DNA of 64,000 nt, taken from NCBI RefSeq assembly GCF_009914755.1, contig NC_060930.1, one strand, 5' to 3'. The notes below the pieces were generated by a model, which saw only the letters and a list, made by a program, of their open reading frames with translations, was not told the DNA's origin and did not search any database. Position 1 is the first letter of the stretch; each line of letters starts with the position of its first letter. Below, one piece after another: positions 25,711 to 41,457 of the stretch. The position numbers and the translations under genes are program-made. Origin of the DNA: the human T2T-CHM13v2.0 reference genome, Homo sapiens.

Positions 25711-26802
25711 TTTAGTGCCGTTGGCAATCACAAAAGATTCAGAAGCTGGGCTCCATGTCTGTCTTCTAAGAACACTTGGGCCTGAATTACTTTACAGGCC
25801 ATTTTCTAACCCAGGCCACCTCTAGGCCCTGGTCCAGGGCTGCTCTTGTCCCTTAGACCTGTTCCTAGAATCCTCATCCTTGTAAACTCAGCCTTAGTCT
25901 AAGAAGCGCCTAGGTTGGAGTATAGTTCAACAGCCACAACCATAGGTAATATCTGTCTAGGAATGTCAAGACTGGAGTGTTCAGGAGCCATGGCACTAGG
26001 CAACACCTGTATAACTGTGGGAAAACCTCTACCTCTCAAAACCAGAAAACAAAATCTGGTTAATAGCTGGTCCTACCTCCCCGTCCTCATTAGTCCACTC
26101 CTTCTGTTCTCACTTCTCCATTGTTGATTTCTGTCTCATCTGTAGTCTTCTACTTCCAAGTATAATCCCAACTATTCTTTCTTGATCATCATAGACACAT
26201 ATGTTCATATTTTATAAAGCACTGTTTGAATTATGGAGGGATTGAAATAGGAAAGTTAAGCTTAAGAATAGGAGTAGGCATCATATATTGTACTTTTCTT
26301 TCTCCACAGGATTATCTCAGTGCTTTGGGTCTAGTAGACATTCAAAAAATATATATGAATAGATTTATTTTATAGTTTTAAGGGGAAATAGATCATGGTA
26401 TGTTGGGGATGTTTAGAGAACTTTTTGGAAGATTTTTCTGACTGGGGAAAATAGTTTCAAAAATTCTTATTAAATTCATTACTATTGAGACCAAAGGGCG
26501 GGAGGCAGAAATTAAGCTTAACTTTGATTTAAAGAGTAAAGAAAGGTTCTTATTCACTGAACTGCATTCCAATCATTTCAACTTATGTTTAAGAACATTT
26601 CTTGGTTCTGGGAAGCCTTAATTTACTTCTGCCATGCTGTGGTAGTCATTGCATAATACAGATGAAAGGCAGCTTTTCTTGATGCTACGTGGTATGTTTA
26701 TTTTACATGTGCTCCTGCCAGACATCTGGAGGATATACCAATGATAGGACTATGAACCAGTTACCTCTGGGGGCCCAATTTCTAGTAGTATTTTACTTAA
26801 AA

Positions 26803-27165
26803 TAAGTAACAATGATTGCCACAATAAACTCCCAAATCCTAATGGCTTAACACAATAAAAGTATATTTATTGCTGATATACCAGATCCAAAGTAGATGTT
26901 CCTGATCAGTGATCAGTCTATCTTGTGGTCCTTCAAGGACTCAAGCTCCCTTCACATTCAGCTAAAAAATGAGTGAACAGAGAGAATCACATAAGAGGTT
27001 TCTTAATGCTTCATCCTGAATCACAGGACAAAATCACACATGATGAGCCAGTCATACGGCCACACCCAAGTGCAAAGGGAATGCCAGTGTCATCTATTGT
27101 TTACATAGACACAGAAGAAGTAGATGATGAACATATTGATGAACACATTGCTGTTTCAGCCACAA
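26803..27165 (-). mobile_element. Old MaLR LTR (MLT1K/L-like)
   Basis: caaatcctaatggcttaacacaataaaagtatatttatt...agtcatacggccacacccaagtgcaaaggga...gccaca. Confidence 0.6.
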
Positions 27166-27546
27166 GGTGGTCTGGAAGTCACCAGCCAAATCCTGTTGTT
27201 TCAACAACAGATAGTTTTAACAGTGCTTTATTTAAAGAGATGAGACTAGAATGAGAAAAAATAAAAAGTAGCTTATTAAATAATTCTTTGCTGTTGGTTC
27301 TCTTAAATTTCTTCTGCTTTCGTTATAAATGATGTTTTCTTCAAATTTTAAAACTTAATCAGACAAGTCTAGTGTATGTAATGAATTCTCTCTAAAAAAC
27401 ATGACATGTAATTTTTGCCAAGAAGTTCACAGAATACAGGAATCCTGGTGCCAAAAATCAGAAAAAATCCAAGTTATACACAGTGAAAAATTAATAAAGT
27501 GGCATTATTATTGAGTTTGTTTATAGAGTACCTCTTTGACTTAATG

Positions 27547-27878
27547 TTATTTTATTTTATTTTATTTTATTTTATTTTATTTTATTTTATTTTTTTCAGA
27601 TGGAGTCTCACTCTGTCACCCAGGCTGGAGTGCAGTGGCACGATCTTGGCTCACTGCAAGCTCTGCCTCCCAGGTTCACACCATTCTCCTGCCTCAGCCT
27701 CCTGAGTAGCTAGGACTACAGGTGCCCGCCACCACACCTGGCTAAGTTTTTTGTATTTTTAGTAGAGACTGGGTTTCACCATGTTAGCCAGGATGGTCTT
27801 GATCTCCTGACCTCATGATCCGCCCGCCTCGGCCTCCCAAAGTGCTGGGATTACAGGCGTGAGCCACCGCTTCCAGCA
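27547..27878 (-). mobile_element. Alu (AluY-like) with (TTTTA)n tail
   Basis: Y-type diagnostics actgcaagctc, gttcacaccattc, gttagccaggatggtc; TSD tgacttaat. Confidence 0.92.
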
Positions 27879-28137
27879 TGACTTAATTTTAAAGTAGGCA
27901 GAGAACTTGTTTTCTTCTAATGAGTTTTATTAGGAAATACACTTTTAAGAAAAGATGCTCAGGTTTATACTGTCAGGCAGATTTAGGAGGATATCAGCAA
28001 AAGGAGTTAACCTGGCATGTTTCTGGGACATAAGTGTGGTAATAATAAATATTTTACTTGGTATGTTTTCTGAAATAAATTTTTTTTTTCAGAGATATCT
28101 GAGTGGGAATTTTTGACTTCAGAGAAATGATGATGTG

Positions 28138-28510
28138 TGCAATGGTTTGAATGTCCCCTTCAAAAGTCATATTGAAATGGAATTGCCAATATAACAGTAT
28201 TGGGCAGTGGGGCCTTTAAAAGGGGTTAATCTCATGCAGGATCTGCCCTCATGAATGGATTAATGCCATTATCTCAGGAGAGAGTTAGTTATCACAGCAG
28301 TGGATTTCTGATAAAAGGGTGAGGTTCTGCCCCATCTCCTCTCTCTTGTGTACTCCTGCCTTTCACCCATGCTCTATGGGATGACCTTTGCCAGATGCTA
28401 TTGCCATGCTCTTGGACTTTCCTGCATCCAGAACAGTGAGAAATAAACTTTTTTCTTTGTAAATTACCCAGTCTGTGGTATTCTGTTATAGCAGCAGAAA
28501 AAGGACAATG
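28138..28510 (+). mobile_element. MaLR LTR, MST family (MSTD-like)
   Basis: atggtttgaatgtcccc...gccctcatgaatggattaatgccattatc...aattacccagtctgtggtattctgttatagcagcagaaa. Confidence 0.85.
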
Positions 28511-28574
28511 TGGTTACAGGAGTAAAACAGTACTGTATCTAGCAACTAGCACATTTCCTGGCCACAAGCTGACT

Positions 28575-30560
<1,986 letters not shown>

Positions 30561-31919
30561 GCTGAAAATAAAGGATAGTGAATAATTTATAAATGAATAA
30601 CAATCTGTTTCCAACAGAGTTGTGAAGAAAAAGGGTATTAAACCCTTTTTAAAGGTTTTACTTTTTCCCGAGATTTAAAAGTATCATGAGACATTTTTGG
30701 AAACTGTAGGTTTGTACATTTGGTAAGGGCATGTATCCTTATCCGGGAAGGCCAGATTAACATTGACATAGACTTCCTCACAGTATGTGGCAAGACTAAA
30801 TGAATGGTCTTGGCCAGCAGACTTTGTACTTAAAATATGAGCCAGTGAAGGGGTTGGGACTAATTGGATAAAATGCAGTCCCTAGGGAGAGCTGGAGCAA
30901 GAGATCTGTGCATTATGCCTTCCAGACCTGAAAGGGAAGTTGGATTTTAATAGCTTTGACTTACAAAATTAATACCCTCCAAAGAAAATTCACCTGTTGC
31001 CAAATCTAATGCCAAGCTTTGAACGCTCACAGTTCCTTCAGGTCGCTTGTTTATTTTTGTTTCTTTCTTTTTTTTTTTTTTTTTCCTCCTTCTTGCCAGT
31101 GTCTTCTCAACTTTTAGGCATGAATACTAGAAGGCTTGCAATTTATCTTCTTGAAGAGTTGTTTAATCAGAAGTCCATAATGAAAGAGAAAGAGAAAAAG
31201 AGATTTTAAACACTTTGGTTTAAAATGCACTTCTCCTGGCTATGAATTTTCCTAAGTTGTTTGTGTGCATATAAATACACTGTTTATGCCTTGCAATTTG
31301 GCCAGCATATTTTAAACTCCAACTCTTGAAAACATTCTTTTTTAGTTAGGTAACGCTGAAAAACAGTTCTATTACAAGTTATTCTATTGACCTGGGTGCC
31401 AAGGACTTCTTATTTTTCTTCCATATACCTTCATTTTTCTAATTAGATAGCCCAAGCAGCTAAACTTGATCTATCACACAGTCAGATGTCAGTATTTAGC
31501 AAATGTTGTTGCCACTAATGGTTTTTACACTTGTGTCATTTTACAAAGTTTACTTTCAAATCTTGTGAATTAAAGTTTCCATTCAGTATCACCAAAACAA
31601 AGAGGCAGGAAATATAGACATAGTTTTCTCATAAAGAGAATATAAAGATACTCATTACCATACCTTTTTTTGATGTTGGCTGGTGTTAAGATAAAATGGA
31701 TTTAAAGATCACTCGAGAGTTGGCCAAAAAAAAAAAAATGCAAAGGGATTTAGATGCAGGCATTTTGAGGTATATTCCATTTAATCTCGTTTTAATATAT
31801 AAAATATGTTTCTGGATATATTTTAAAATAAGCTAGTTTCTTGAATTTATTCCATATTGTTTGGTGTTTTAGCTGAAGAATGGACAAATTAAGTGCATCA
31901 TTATTATCATTACTTTTTT

Positions 31920-34900
31920 AAAAAAATGGGAAATAGCTTTACATTTTATTCCTAATTATGAATATAATGCATTGCTTACGTAAAACATTCCATCAATAGA
32001 GAAATGCATGAACTACAAAGAATACGTCCTCCTCACAATCCCACCTCCCAGGGATAACCAGACTTAGAGTTTAGCTTGTAGCTTTGCAGGTTTATTTCTG
32101 TGTGTATATTCATCTTTAGTTTTTAAAACAAAATGAGCTCTAAAATGATCATTTTAGCCCTGTGTTTTAAATTTTATTAATAAATTATCAACCTATTTTA
32201 ATATATGTGTAGTTTATTCATTTTACTGTATGAATGAGATAATAATTAATTTATTTCATTATTGGGGATTATTAAGATTTCCAGTTTTTATTATTGGAAG
32301 TAATACTGCTATTTACATTTCTGTACACATCATCACCTGTCTCATAGGTTTATTGGAATTAAAAAATACACTAGTACATGTAAAATTCTGAAAAAATATA
32401 TGACAACAAGTGCTTCAAAATGTTATAAATGTATTATTCTCTTTATTTTCTTTGTTGCTAGTGAATATGTCCATATGACAAACTTCTAGAAATGAAATTA
32501 CTGGGTTGTTAAATATCAAATTGCCCTCCAAAGAGGTCCTCTCAAGTTATACTCCCATCATCAAGGAGTAAAGAATATTTGTTTTCCAACACCATTTAAA
32601 TTAAACTTTTCAATAGAAGCATCACAGACATATAGAAAAAGTACATGCACATTATAGGTACTGGCTCAACAAAGTGAAACCAGTTGTGTAACCAACACTC
32701 AGATCAAGGCAGAGTACATATCATATCCATCACTCTGGGGGCCTCCTTTGGGTTCCTACCTTGTCCTAATTTGCTTCTTCCTCTCCAAAGTTAAGTGCTA
32801 TCCTACTTATGGCACCATCGTTTAGTCTTGTATTCATTTATAGTCTGGCTTCTTTCACTCAACATTTTGCATGTATTGGATGATTATAACCATCCCTGTT
32901 GTTGCAGGTATCAATAGTTCATTCATCTTCCTGTATCCTACTGCAGGAATATATTGTAAATTATTCATTGTGAATGGGCATTTTGTATGTTTGTTTTATA
33001 TGTTTATTACAAATAACACTATTATGATTCTTCCACACGTCTTTCGGTATATACATGTACACATTTCTGTTGGACATTTAACTCACAGTAGAATTGCTGG
33101 TTCATAGAATAGGTGTCCATTCAACTGTGAAAGATACTGCCAGTTTTCTAAAGGAATTGTGCCAGTTTATCACTATGTCAGCAATGGGGGGTAGTACCAG
33201 TTGTATATTCTTGCCAATTCTTGGTATTATTTATTTTAAAAAATTTGGTCATTCTGATGGTTGCGTAGAGGTATATCATTGTAGTTTGCAATGTATTTTC
33301 CTGATTATTAGGGAAGTTTAGCACCTTTTCATATGATTATCAATAATTTGGATGTTCTTTTTTGTGAAACACCTTTTCAAGTCTTTTGCCTATTTTAAAA
33401 ATTGGGTTGTCTTTTCTTTATTTATTTATAGGAGTTCTTTCTTTTTCTGGGTATGTGCTCCTTGATATATGTGATGTCTCATACTTACAGTTAGAAATAT
33501 TTTTTCTCTTAATCGTGTCTTTCAATAAATAAGTTCATCTGTTTTTTTCAAACTTTTCCTTTATAATTATTACCTTTTGTGACTTGCTTAAGAAATGTTG
33601 AACTACCTAAGGTTGTGTTTTTTACTAGAAGCTTTATTGTTTCACTTTTTCTTGTTAGATTGACAATCCATCTTAATTTTATGTGGTCTACTCAAATTTC
33701 CTTCATGCAGATATCCAATTGACTCTGCACCCTTTATTGAAACATGCTATAGTGGCACCTTTGCTGTAAACCAGGTGATCACGTAGTATAAAACTCAGGG
33801 GCTATTTGACATCTGTACTTTCTATTAAATGGGAAAATGCAGTGTCTAGTAAAAGTAAATAAAACAAGTTTACAGAGAAATGCAACGGAAAGAAACCTGG
33901 TTGTGTGGGCCATCTTGATTCCAGTTATTTAGTAATCCCGGAAGAACTGTTTCATCTTCCCAAACCAAAACTTCATTCCCATTGAACAATAATTTCATGT
34001 TTCTCTCCTCCTGTCGTCCCTGGCAGCCACCATTCTACTTTTCGTCTCTATTAATTTGACTACTAGGTACCTCATATCACTGGATTCATACAATATTTGT
34101 CCTTTTGTGACTGACTTGTTTTGGTTAGCACAATGTCTTCAAAATTTATCCACGTTGTAGCGTGTGTCAGAAGTTCTCTCCTTTCTGAGGTTGAATAACA
34201 TTTCATTGTACATATATATCACTTTTTGTTTATCCATTCATCTGTCAGGGGACAATTGGGTTGCTTTCAGCTTTTGGTTATTATGAATAATGTCGCGATG
34301 AACATGGGTGCATATGGATTGTTTTTTATGTTTTTTATTTGTTTCTTTGATGTACCTTTTTGTCTTGCTTAGGCAAATTAGACTTAGTAACCAGAGGTTC
34401 TCAACTAATATGCATGTACCTGTTTACAGACTTCTTATTGTATTCCTTTGCTCTACCAGCCTTTTTCTATACTAATACCATACTGTGTTAATGATTTTTC
34501 CCTCATTACTGTATTACAAAAAGGCATTGGCTACGTTTCAGCTTTTTTTCCTTAGATGATCAATTGTCAGGTTCTAAAAAGAAATGGAATTTGGTATTGC
34601 ATTGGACTTTTAGTTAATTTGCAGACAATCAACATTAAACCTTTCTTAACAGTATATACATAGGATATATCCTTTTATAAAAGAGCCAAATAATACTAAG
34701 ATTGGCCCCTTTTTTCAAAAGTTCTAGTTCTTTTATCAGATCTGAGATATATATACATATACACATATGTGCATACACGTATATGTATGCGTGCATACAT
34801 GTATACATGTATAAGTATACACATACATATGTATATACACATATACACACGTATAAACATGTTTATACACACATATACATATCTATGTATACATATATGT

Positions 34901-36990
34901 ATACATATATACACACATATATGTGTGTATATATACACACATATATATGTGTGTGTATATATACACACATACACATATACATAGATATGTATATATATGT
35001 GTATATATATACTCATACACATCTTTCTTTACACTTTACTACTGATCTGATTTATTCTTATTTTTAACTTCCTTTTGTAAAAACTTGAATGGTGAATGGC
35101 ATGTATTTTCCTTTAATGTCCCTATTTTGAGATCTATCCATGTTCATAGAAGTAGACCCTCTTCATTCTTTTTATTTGTTACAAGGGATTTCATTGCATA
35201 GATATATTTTATTTATCTAATGATTTCCCTTTTGATGGATCCTTAGAGAATTACCATTTTTCAGCATTACAACATCATCATGAAACTCTTGATACATACT
35301 TGTTTTGGTTCACATTTCTCTAAAACCTACCGAAAGCAAATTGCTTGGTTTAAAGATATACACATTTAAAATTTAAAGCTATTGTCAAATTATCCTCCAG
35401 AAAATCAGTATCAATTTATATTCCTAAGAGGCAATCACAGACATTTTCCTATCTCCCTACAAACTCATAAAGTTTATCATTAAAATTTATTCCCATTTGG
35501 AGCAAAAAAAAAAATCTCCTGATTGTTTTATTTGTATTTTAATAGTTTCGGGATGGTTGAACAGCTTTACTTATTCATTTGGCCATTTGTATTTCCATGT
35601 CTGTGAAAAGCCAGTTTATAAGCTTTGCTCATTTTTCTATTTTTGTCATTGTTTTAGTTTTTTCTTACTGATTTGATCCAGATGATCTGTTCACAATGCA
35701 GTTTAAATATTAATATTTTGTCTGTAATACATACAATTAAAATATTTTTCTGCATGCTGTCAATTTTCTTTTAACTTGGTATGTGCCCTTGTTTGTATGG
35801 CTATATTTTGAAGTTTTAGAGTTGATACAGTCAAATTGACCACTCTTTTCTTTTTTAATATTTATCTTATTTTTATTGCTTTTTAATATATCTTAGGCAG
35901 GAAGGCTTCCCTACATTATAGTTATAAATATATTTACTTCATTCTCTTTTAGTAATTTTATATTCTTTAATTTTACATAAAGTTCTTTGACATTTAAAAT
36001 TTTTTTGTGTGCACATGTTAAGGCTACTATATAACTATTTTTCAACATTTGTCTTACAGCGTGTGTGAATTATTTGATCATATTTTTCACTCATTTTTTC
36101 TTTTGGCAAATGAAGGCTATATTTTCCCCCAAATGTTGTTGGAATAGCTAGTTCCATCCTTTTTCTCATTGAACTTAAATATCCTCTTTATCATATATCA
36201 AACTATCTTTTAGTCCTGGCTACATTTGTATATATCCTGTTCTGAATCTATTTGACTACTTCTGTGTTAATATCATACTATTTTCATTACCATGGATTTA
36301 AAAAAATTGTTTTTAAATCTCTACTTTTCTTACATATTTCATTTTTACATGAAGTTGAGAATCTGTCAAGTATCATCTATAATCTTATTGGGGATGCATT
36401 CAATTTATACACTAATTTTGAGGTAATTTACATCATTATGATAGTGAGGAGTTTTACCATGATATACACATGCAGAACATGATTATCTCCATTTATTCAT
36501 GTCTTTTTGTGTATAAGTCATTAATGTCTTATAGTTCTTGTTTTTTCATATTAGTTTTACCCCATTCATGCTACACTTATTTATAGACCATTTAAATTGT
36601 TTTTAATGACATGAATGGGAATTTTCCAGTTAGTGGCTCAAATAACTAATTATTGCTGATATAAAAAGACAAATGGTGATAGTTACACATATTTATTTTA
36701 AACATTAATAACTTTCTAAAATAAATTTTTTGATTCTTATGAATTTCCTTGATGTATAATCATGTGTACATATGAATGTACAACTTATCTTTTCTTTCCA
36801 GTATGTATGTATATGTGTTCTTCTTTTATTACTTTTTGTTTTATCCACAATCTCCTGAATAATGTTGAATAGCAGTTTTGATAATATACGTCCCTGTCTT
36901 TTTCCTGTTAATGAGATTGACTTTAATATTTCATTTTTAATGTGGTGTTTTTCTGTTGATGGCCAATTAAGAATTCTTATTATACTACAC
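31920..36990 (-). mobile_element. Mosaic of old antisense L1M fragments (L1ME/MD/MC/MB-like)
   Basis: Repeated antisense L1 motifs: tggcttctttcactcaacat, gaattgctggttcatag, cagccaccattctacttt, gatatccaattgactctgcaccctttattgaa, aatgttgaatagcagt; boundaries approximate. Confidence 0.75.
34746..35020. repeat. Compound (TA/CA/TG)n microsatellite
   Basis: ~270 bp of almost pure purine-pyrimidine alternation. Confidence 0.95.
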
Positions 36991-37049
36991 AAAGGTACAA
37001 ATTATGTATGTTTTAGTACAAACATGACATGTGGATATATCAAAGTCTG

Positions 37050-37250
37050 GAATAAAGAACTGAACACAATGTGTTGGAAAGACATCAGATCTTGGAATAA
37101 CCAGGTTGGAATCCTGGCTCTATCACCTAACTAGCAGTTTGACATTGAGAATGATACATAACCTCTTTGAATCTCTTTCTGCGTCTGAAATAGGAAGATA
37201 ATAACACATGCAAGAGATGATATGTGTCATGGGCTCTAAAATGTCTGCTG
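37050..37250 (+). mobile_element. MIR/L2 fragment
   Basis: ggttggaatcctggctctatcacctaactagcagtttgacattgag...tctgaaatagg...ctcaataaat. Confidence 0.6.
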
Positions 37251-39052
37251 CGGTATAGACTCAATAAATCTAGATTGCCCTCTGAGATCCCAGAGGACTT
37301 AAGCAACAGAAAGTCAAGTAAAAATAGCAAGAAACCGTTGTACTCTTCCTATCTTCTTGCTCTTAGTTGAGAGCACAGGATCTGTTAGCAAAATGTAGTT
37401 CATATGGTGCATTTAATTTTGCTAAAATGACACTTAGGGAATTTTTAAAGCTGGATCCACAATATAACTAAATCAATGATATAGCAAATGGGTGATTCCA
37501 TTAAGCTTGAAATTTTCTCAACTTACAGATAAATCAAAAAGAAAAAAAATCTTTCTTCCATAGTTTTATAAAGTTAATTAGCTCCATATATCCATGAATA
37601 GGGAAACAATCTCATTACACTAAGTATTTTTATTTTAAGGGCCAAATAGCTTCATCTAGATTTGAGAAGTCATTCAGAAGTGTTCAAAACCAATATAAAG
37701 ATCACTTTATTTCGAAGTATGGCTTCTTAGTGATGTAAGAGTCAAGTTTCTACTAAATTAATAAAAAGATTTAAAATAGAAACAGATGAACTCATTATGA
37801 AGTGCTTTATACATCTTTGGATTTTCATAACTTAGAAAAGCAGAAGTCAATCACCACCAATTGGACACATTTCTTCTACTTAGCTCCAGTCAGAGCTTAT
37901 GACTAAAATGATTTTGAATTGTTCTGCATAGTTTTTCATGGATTTGGAGAGATCTCACTCTATCATTAAGAATTTGGCTGGCATATATCTATATGCCTAC
38001 CCTGTCAATTGTTATTAGGTATAACAGTCTATGATATTGTGAGTCTGTGGCTTTTAAAGAGATGTTCATTTCATATATGTCTTAGTTTTAACGTATAAAG
38101 CAGGAAACAGGTGAAATATGCCTTAATCGGATAGATTGTGAGTCCTTTTGTAGCAGGGAGCATGCTTTCTGTGACTTGTACCTCCATAAAATTAAGGGAA
38201 GAGTTCAGAGTGCAGTATGTGCTTCCATAAATATTTTAGTGGTGATTAGAGAATATAATATTCAAGTGATTTAGGGGTTTTGTATGGCAAACTTTATAAT
38301 GTATAATTTCAAAGACCGTTTTTCCAATTAGGGGCTGTGTTTATTGACGATAGGGATGTAAATTACTTATATCTGTAAGAGCAACGTAGTGCATTTAGTG
38401 GGCACTCAATAAATGCTAGTTGAGTAAATGAATGAAAAACAATTTGAAAGTTATTTTTAAAAGTTTATTAAGTGAACTTCAACTAAATACAAAATAGGGT
38501 AAAAGTATAAAGAAATATAAGCTTAAAAATAAATATTCTAAGAAGCTATATTAGTCAACAAACTCTCTTGGGGAAGGGAATGTACTTCCTTCTTGTTAGA
38601 AAATGGTTTGTATGAAAATGAATAGCACCTGTAATGGTTAATTGTCTTGCTTTAAAATCTCAGAGGGCAGAGGGAGTGCTCCCAGGTAAGTCCAGTCAAT
38701 TTATATCCTATAAGCTTCATGGCCTGCTCCCTCAGTGGTGGGGACATTCTCTTTTGTTCTCTAAATGTACAATGAGACACATTGATCTAGAAGCACTGAG
38801 ATTTAGTGCCAGTGTCAGCATTGAAAACTGAGGCCAGCAATAAATATCAATATATGGAAAGCCAAGCATGCTTAAAACAGTGTGGTAGGCCCGGAGGAAA
38901 GGGCAAACACTGAGAATATGAGAAGAAAAGGAGCAAAGTCCCCAAAGGAGAAAGAAGTGTCTTTATTTTCTACATTTCCTGTGAAAGGCTAATTTTGCTG
39001 CTTTCAAGCAATTCAAAATGATTATAGGTGAGTTACTGCTGCAAAGATGCTT

Positions 39053-39055
<3 letters not shown>

Positions 39056-39084
<29 letters not shown>
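39056..39084. repeat. (TG)n microsatellite
   Basis: Direct reading. Confidence 0.95.
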
Positions 39085-39086
<2 letters not shown>

Positions 39087-40000
39087 ACACTAGCAAGATC
39101 TCTTGCTTTTCAAGAGGAAAGGTATTTTTATATTCATTTAATCATTTAGTCTGAGACTTCTGATTCTCTTAATTTGTCATCCAAAGGGGGTGTGTCCAAT
39201 TTTTCTCCGTGTGTCCTCAGACACAGAAGGCTGAGGGAGAGTGATGCAGGCAAGGGCTGCTGACTGGTTTCCCCCACCCGCCTTCCTCTGAGCCTGGCCT
39301 GGTGTGTGGCTGCTGTTTATACCTGCTGAAGTGCTTTCTGTGTTTGAGTTGGCGCTGCCAGCTTACACGTTAAAGCCCCAAGATGTTCATGAGGTCTGTC
39401 CCAGAGCTTTGAAACCTATGAGCTGGCGGCTGGGGCGAGAAATGTCTCTCTCAGTTTTTGGGTGAACTCCATGTTTTTTCCAGGAGGTTAGATCACTGTC
39501 CACAATCCAGGCTTGCTAGACAGAATGTAACAGTTGCTGTTTGAGACATCCTGAACTTTTAAAGGCAAAAGGCAGAGGAGGGAGGGAGAGGAAAAAGCCC
39601 AGGGTCAATTTAACAGCTGGAAAGGAACATTTTTATATCTGGTCAACAAAGATTTTTACTGAACTGGAAAGCTTTATCATCAAGCAAGGAAAAAATACCA
39701 CTTCTTATTATGACAAGGGGGTATATTGTTACAAACTTCCCAGGTCCATTCCAAGTCATGTTTGAGACCAGACCAGATTCATCAGTGGTTGTGGCAGAAA
39801 TATTAGGTGTGATATAATTTTTGTAAAAATTTACCTGGCCATCTCCCTGCTCCTTTCGTCAGTCTGTAAAGATTTTTAGAAGACTCATCTTTTTCACAAA
39901 TGGCAAAATTCTGAAAACTGACACCTACTTGTTCCCTGCCCACAGTTCTTGGCTCTTTCATGTTGCCCTTTTTGTCATATTAGGAATATTAGTATCTGTT

Positions 40001-40309
<309 letters not shown>

Positions 40310-41432
40310 TATTATCTGTTTTGTTGTTGTTGTTGTTGTTTGCCTAAGATTTCTCTCCTTCATCTCTTTCAATGAAAAGTCTTAGTTCATGGGGAGAATT
40401 CTGTTGTTGTTATATAGCTGAGTATGGCAGGAATTCTATATTTTGCTTCTGTCCCTATGTGTGTATGAATGAACTAGAGACATGTAAAAGACCTCATACC
40501 TGAAAAAAATTGACAGAGATGTCAACTACTTATATCTGTAAGAGTAGAAAAATTACTAAAAAAATTTTAGTAAATTATTTAAAAGTTTTATGCCAAAGGG
40601 CAGTAATACGTCCAAGCAAAACAGTAGACACATTGAAGAATAAAATTTAAAGCTGGATATGATCGAATTCCAAGTTCATGGCAACTTTGTTTACAGGAAA
40701 ACATAATAGAGCCCTTGTCACATTCTCCCCTCTGCCACCCCCAAACAAGTACAAAGTCTATGTTCTTATAAATATGTTAAGAATTTCATCTGTAATGTTT
40801 GTTTATGAAGACCATAAAAATGCCTTTGAATGAAGTAAGTCCCAGTCTTATTTTGCCAAGCCAAGGGAAAGAATCCTTTCTTTTGGTCTTCCACCTAGAG
40901 AATTGCTAGTGAGGCGTGAATGGTCTCTTCTTGACTCTTTAAGGTAGCATATTTATACTTGGGCAAAACTCAGTGGTCTTCCATATCATAGTGACAGCCT
41001 CTTTCTACCTCCCTCTCCATACCTCTTTCTAATTCACATTGCTTGCCTGACAAAGCTGAAGAATGTCTAAATTGAACATTTAATTTGACCTTGTCTGGAA
41101 GCAATGCCATTAGAGACAGACCTATGTTATATCAACTCTGATGTGATTATAGCTGTCCCAACATATGAGATGGCTTTGTTTGTCATTCAGGAGGCCTACT
41201 GATGCAATGTGTATTCTCTGGACCTCTTCATGAAAAAAAAAATGTTTATACCTGTGAGCATGTCCAGATGGCAGTGAAAGACTCCCATTCATGAGAGCAG
41301 CACTCAGCAATTCATGGTTGCCAAAGTATGCAGCGAAGGCATGCCCTCTGCCATTCCATGGCCTTGTAAGGAAACAGTTTCTAAGGTGACAGACTAGCAC
41401 CCTTGAGGCCAGAGACCCTAGTGTTTTAGATT

Positions 41433-41457
41433 GGGGGGATGTGGGGAGGGCAGGGGG
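41433..41457 (+). other. Canonical G-quadruplex motif
   Basis: GGGGGG-atgt-GGGG-a-GGG-ca-GGGGG. Confidence 0.6.

Noticed and set aside
34635-35067. Overlapping Y/I/H/C/V-rich ORFs
   Set aside because: Artefact of the RY microsatellite
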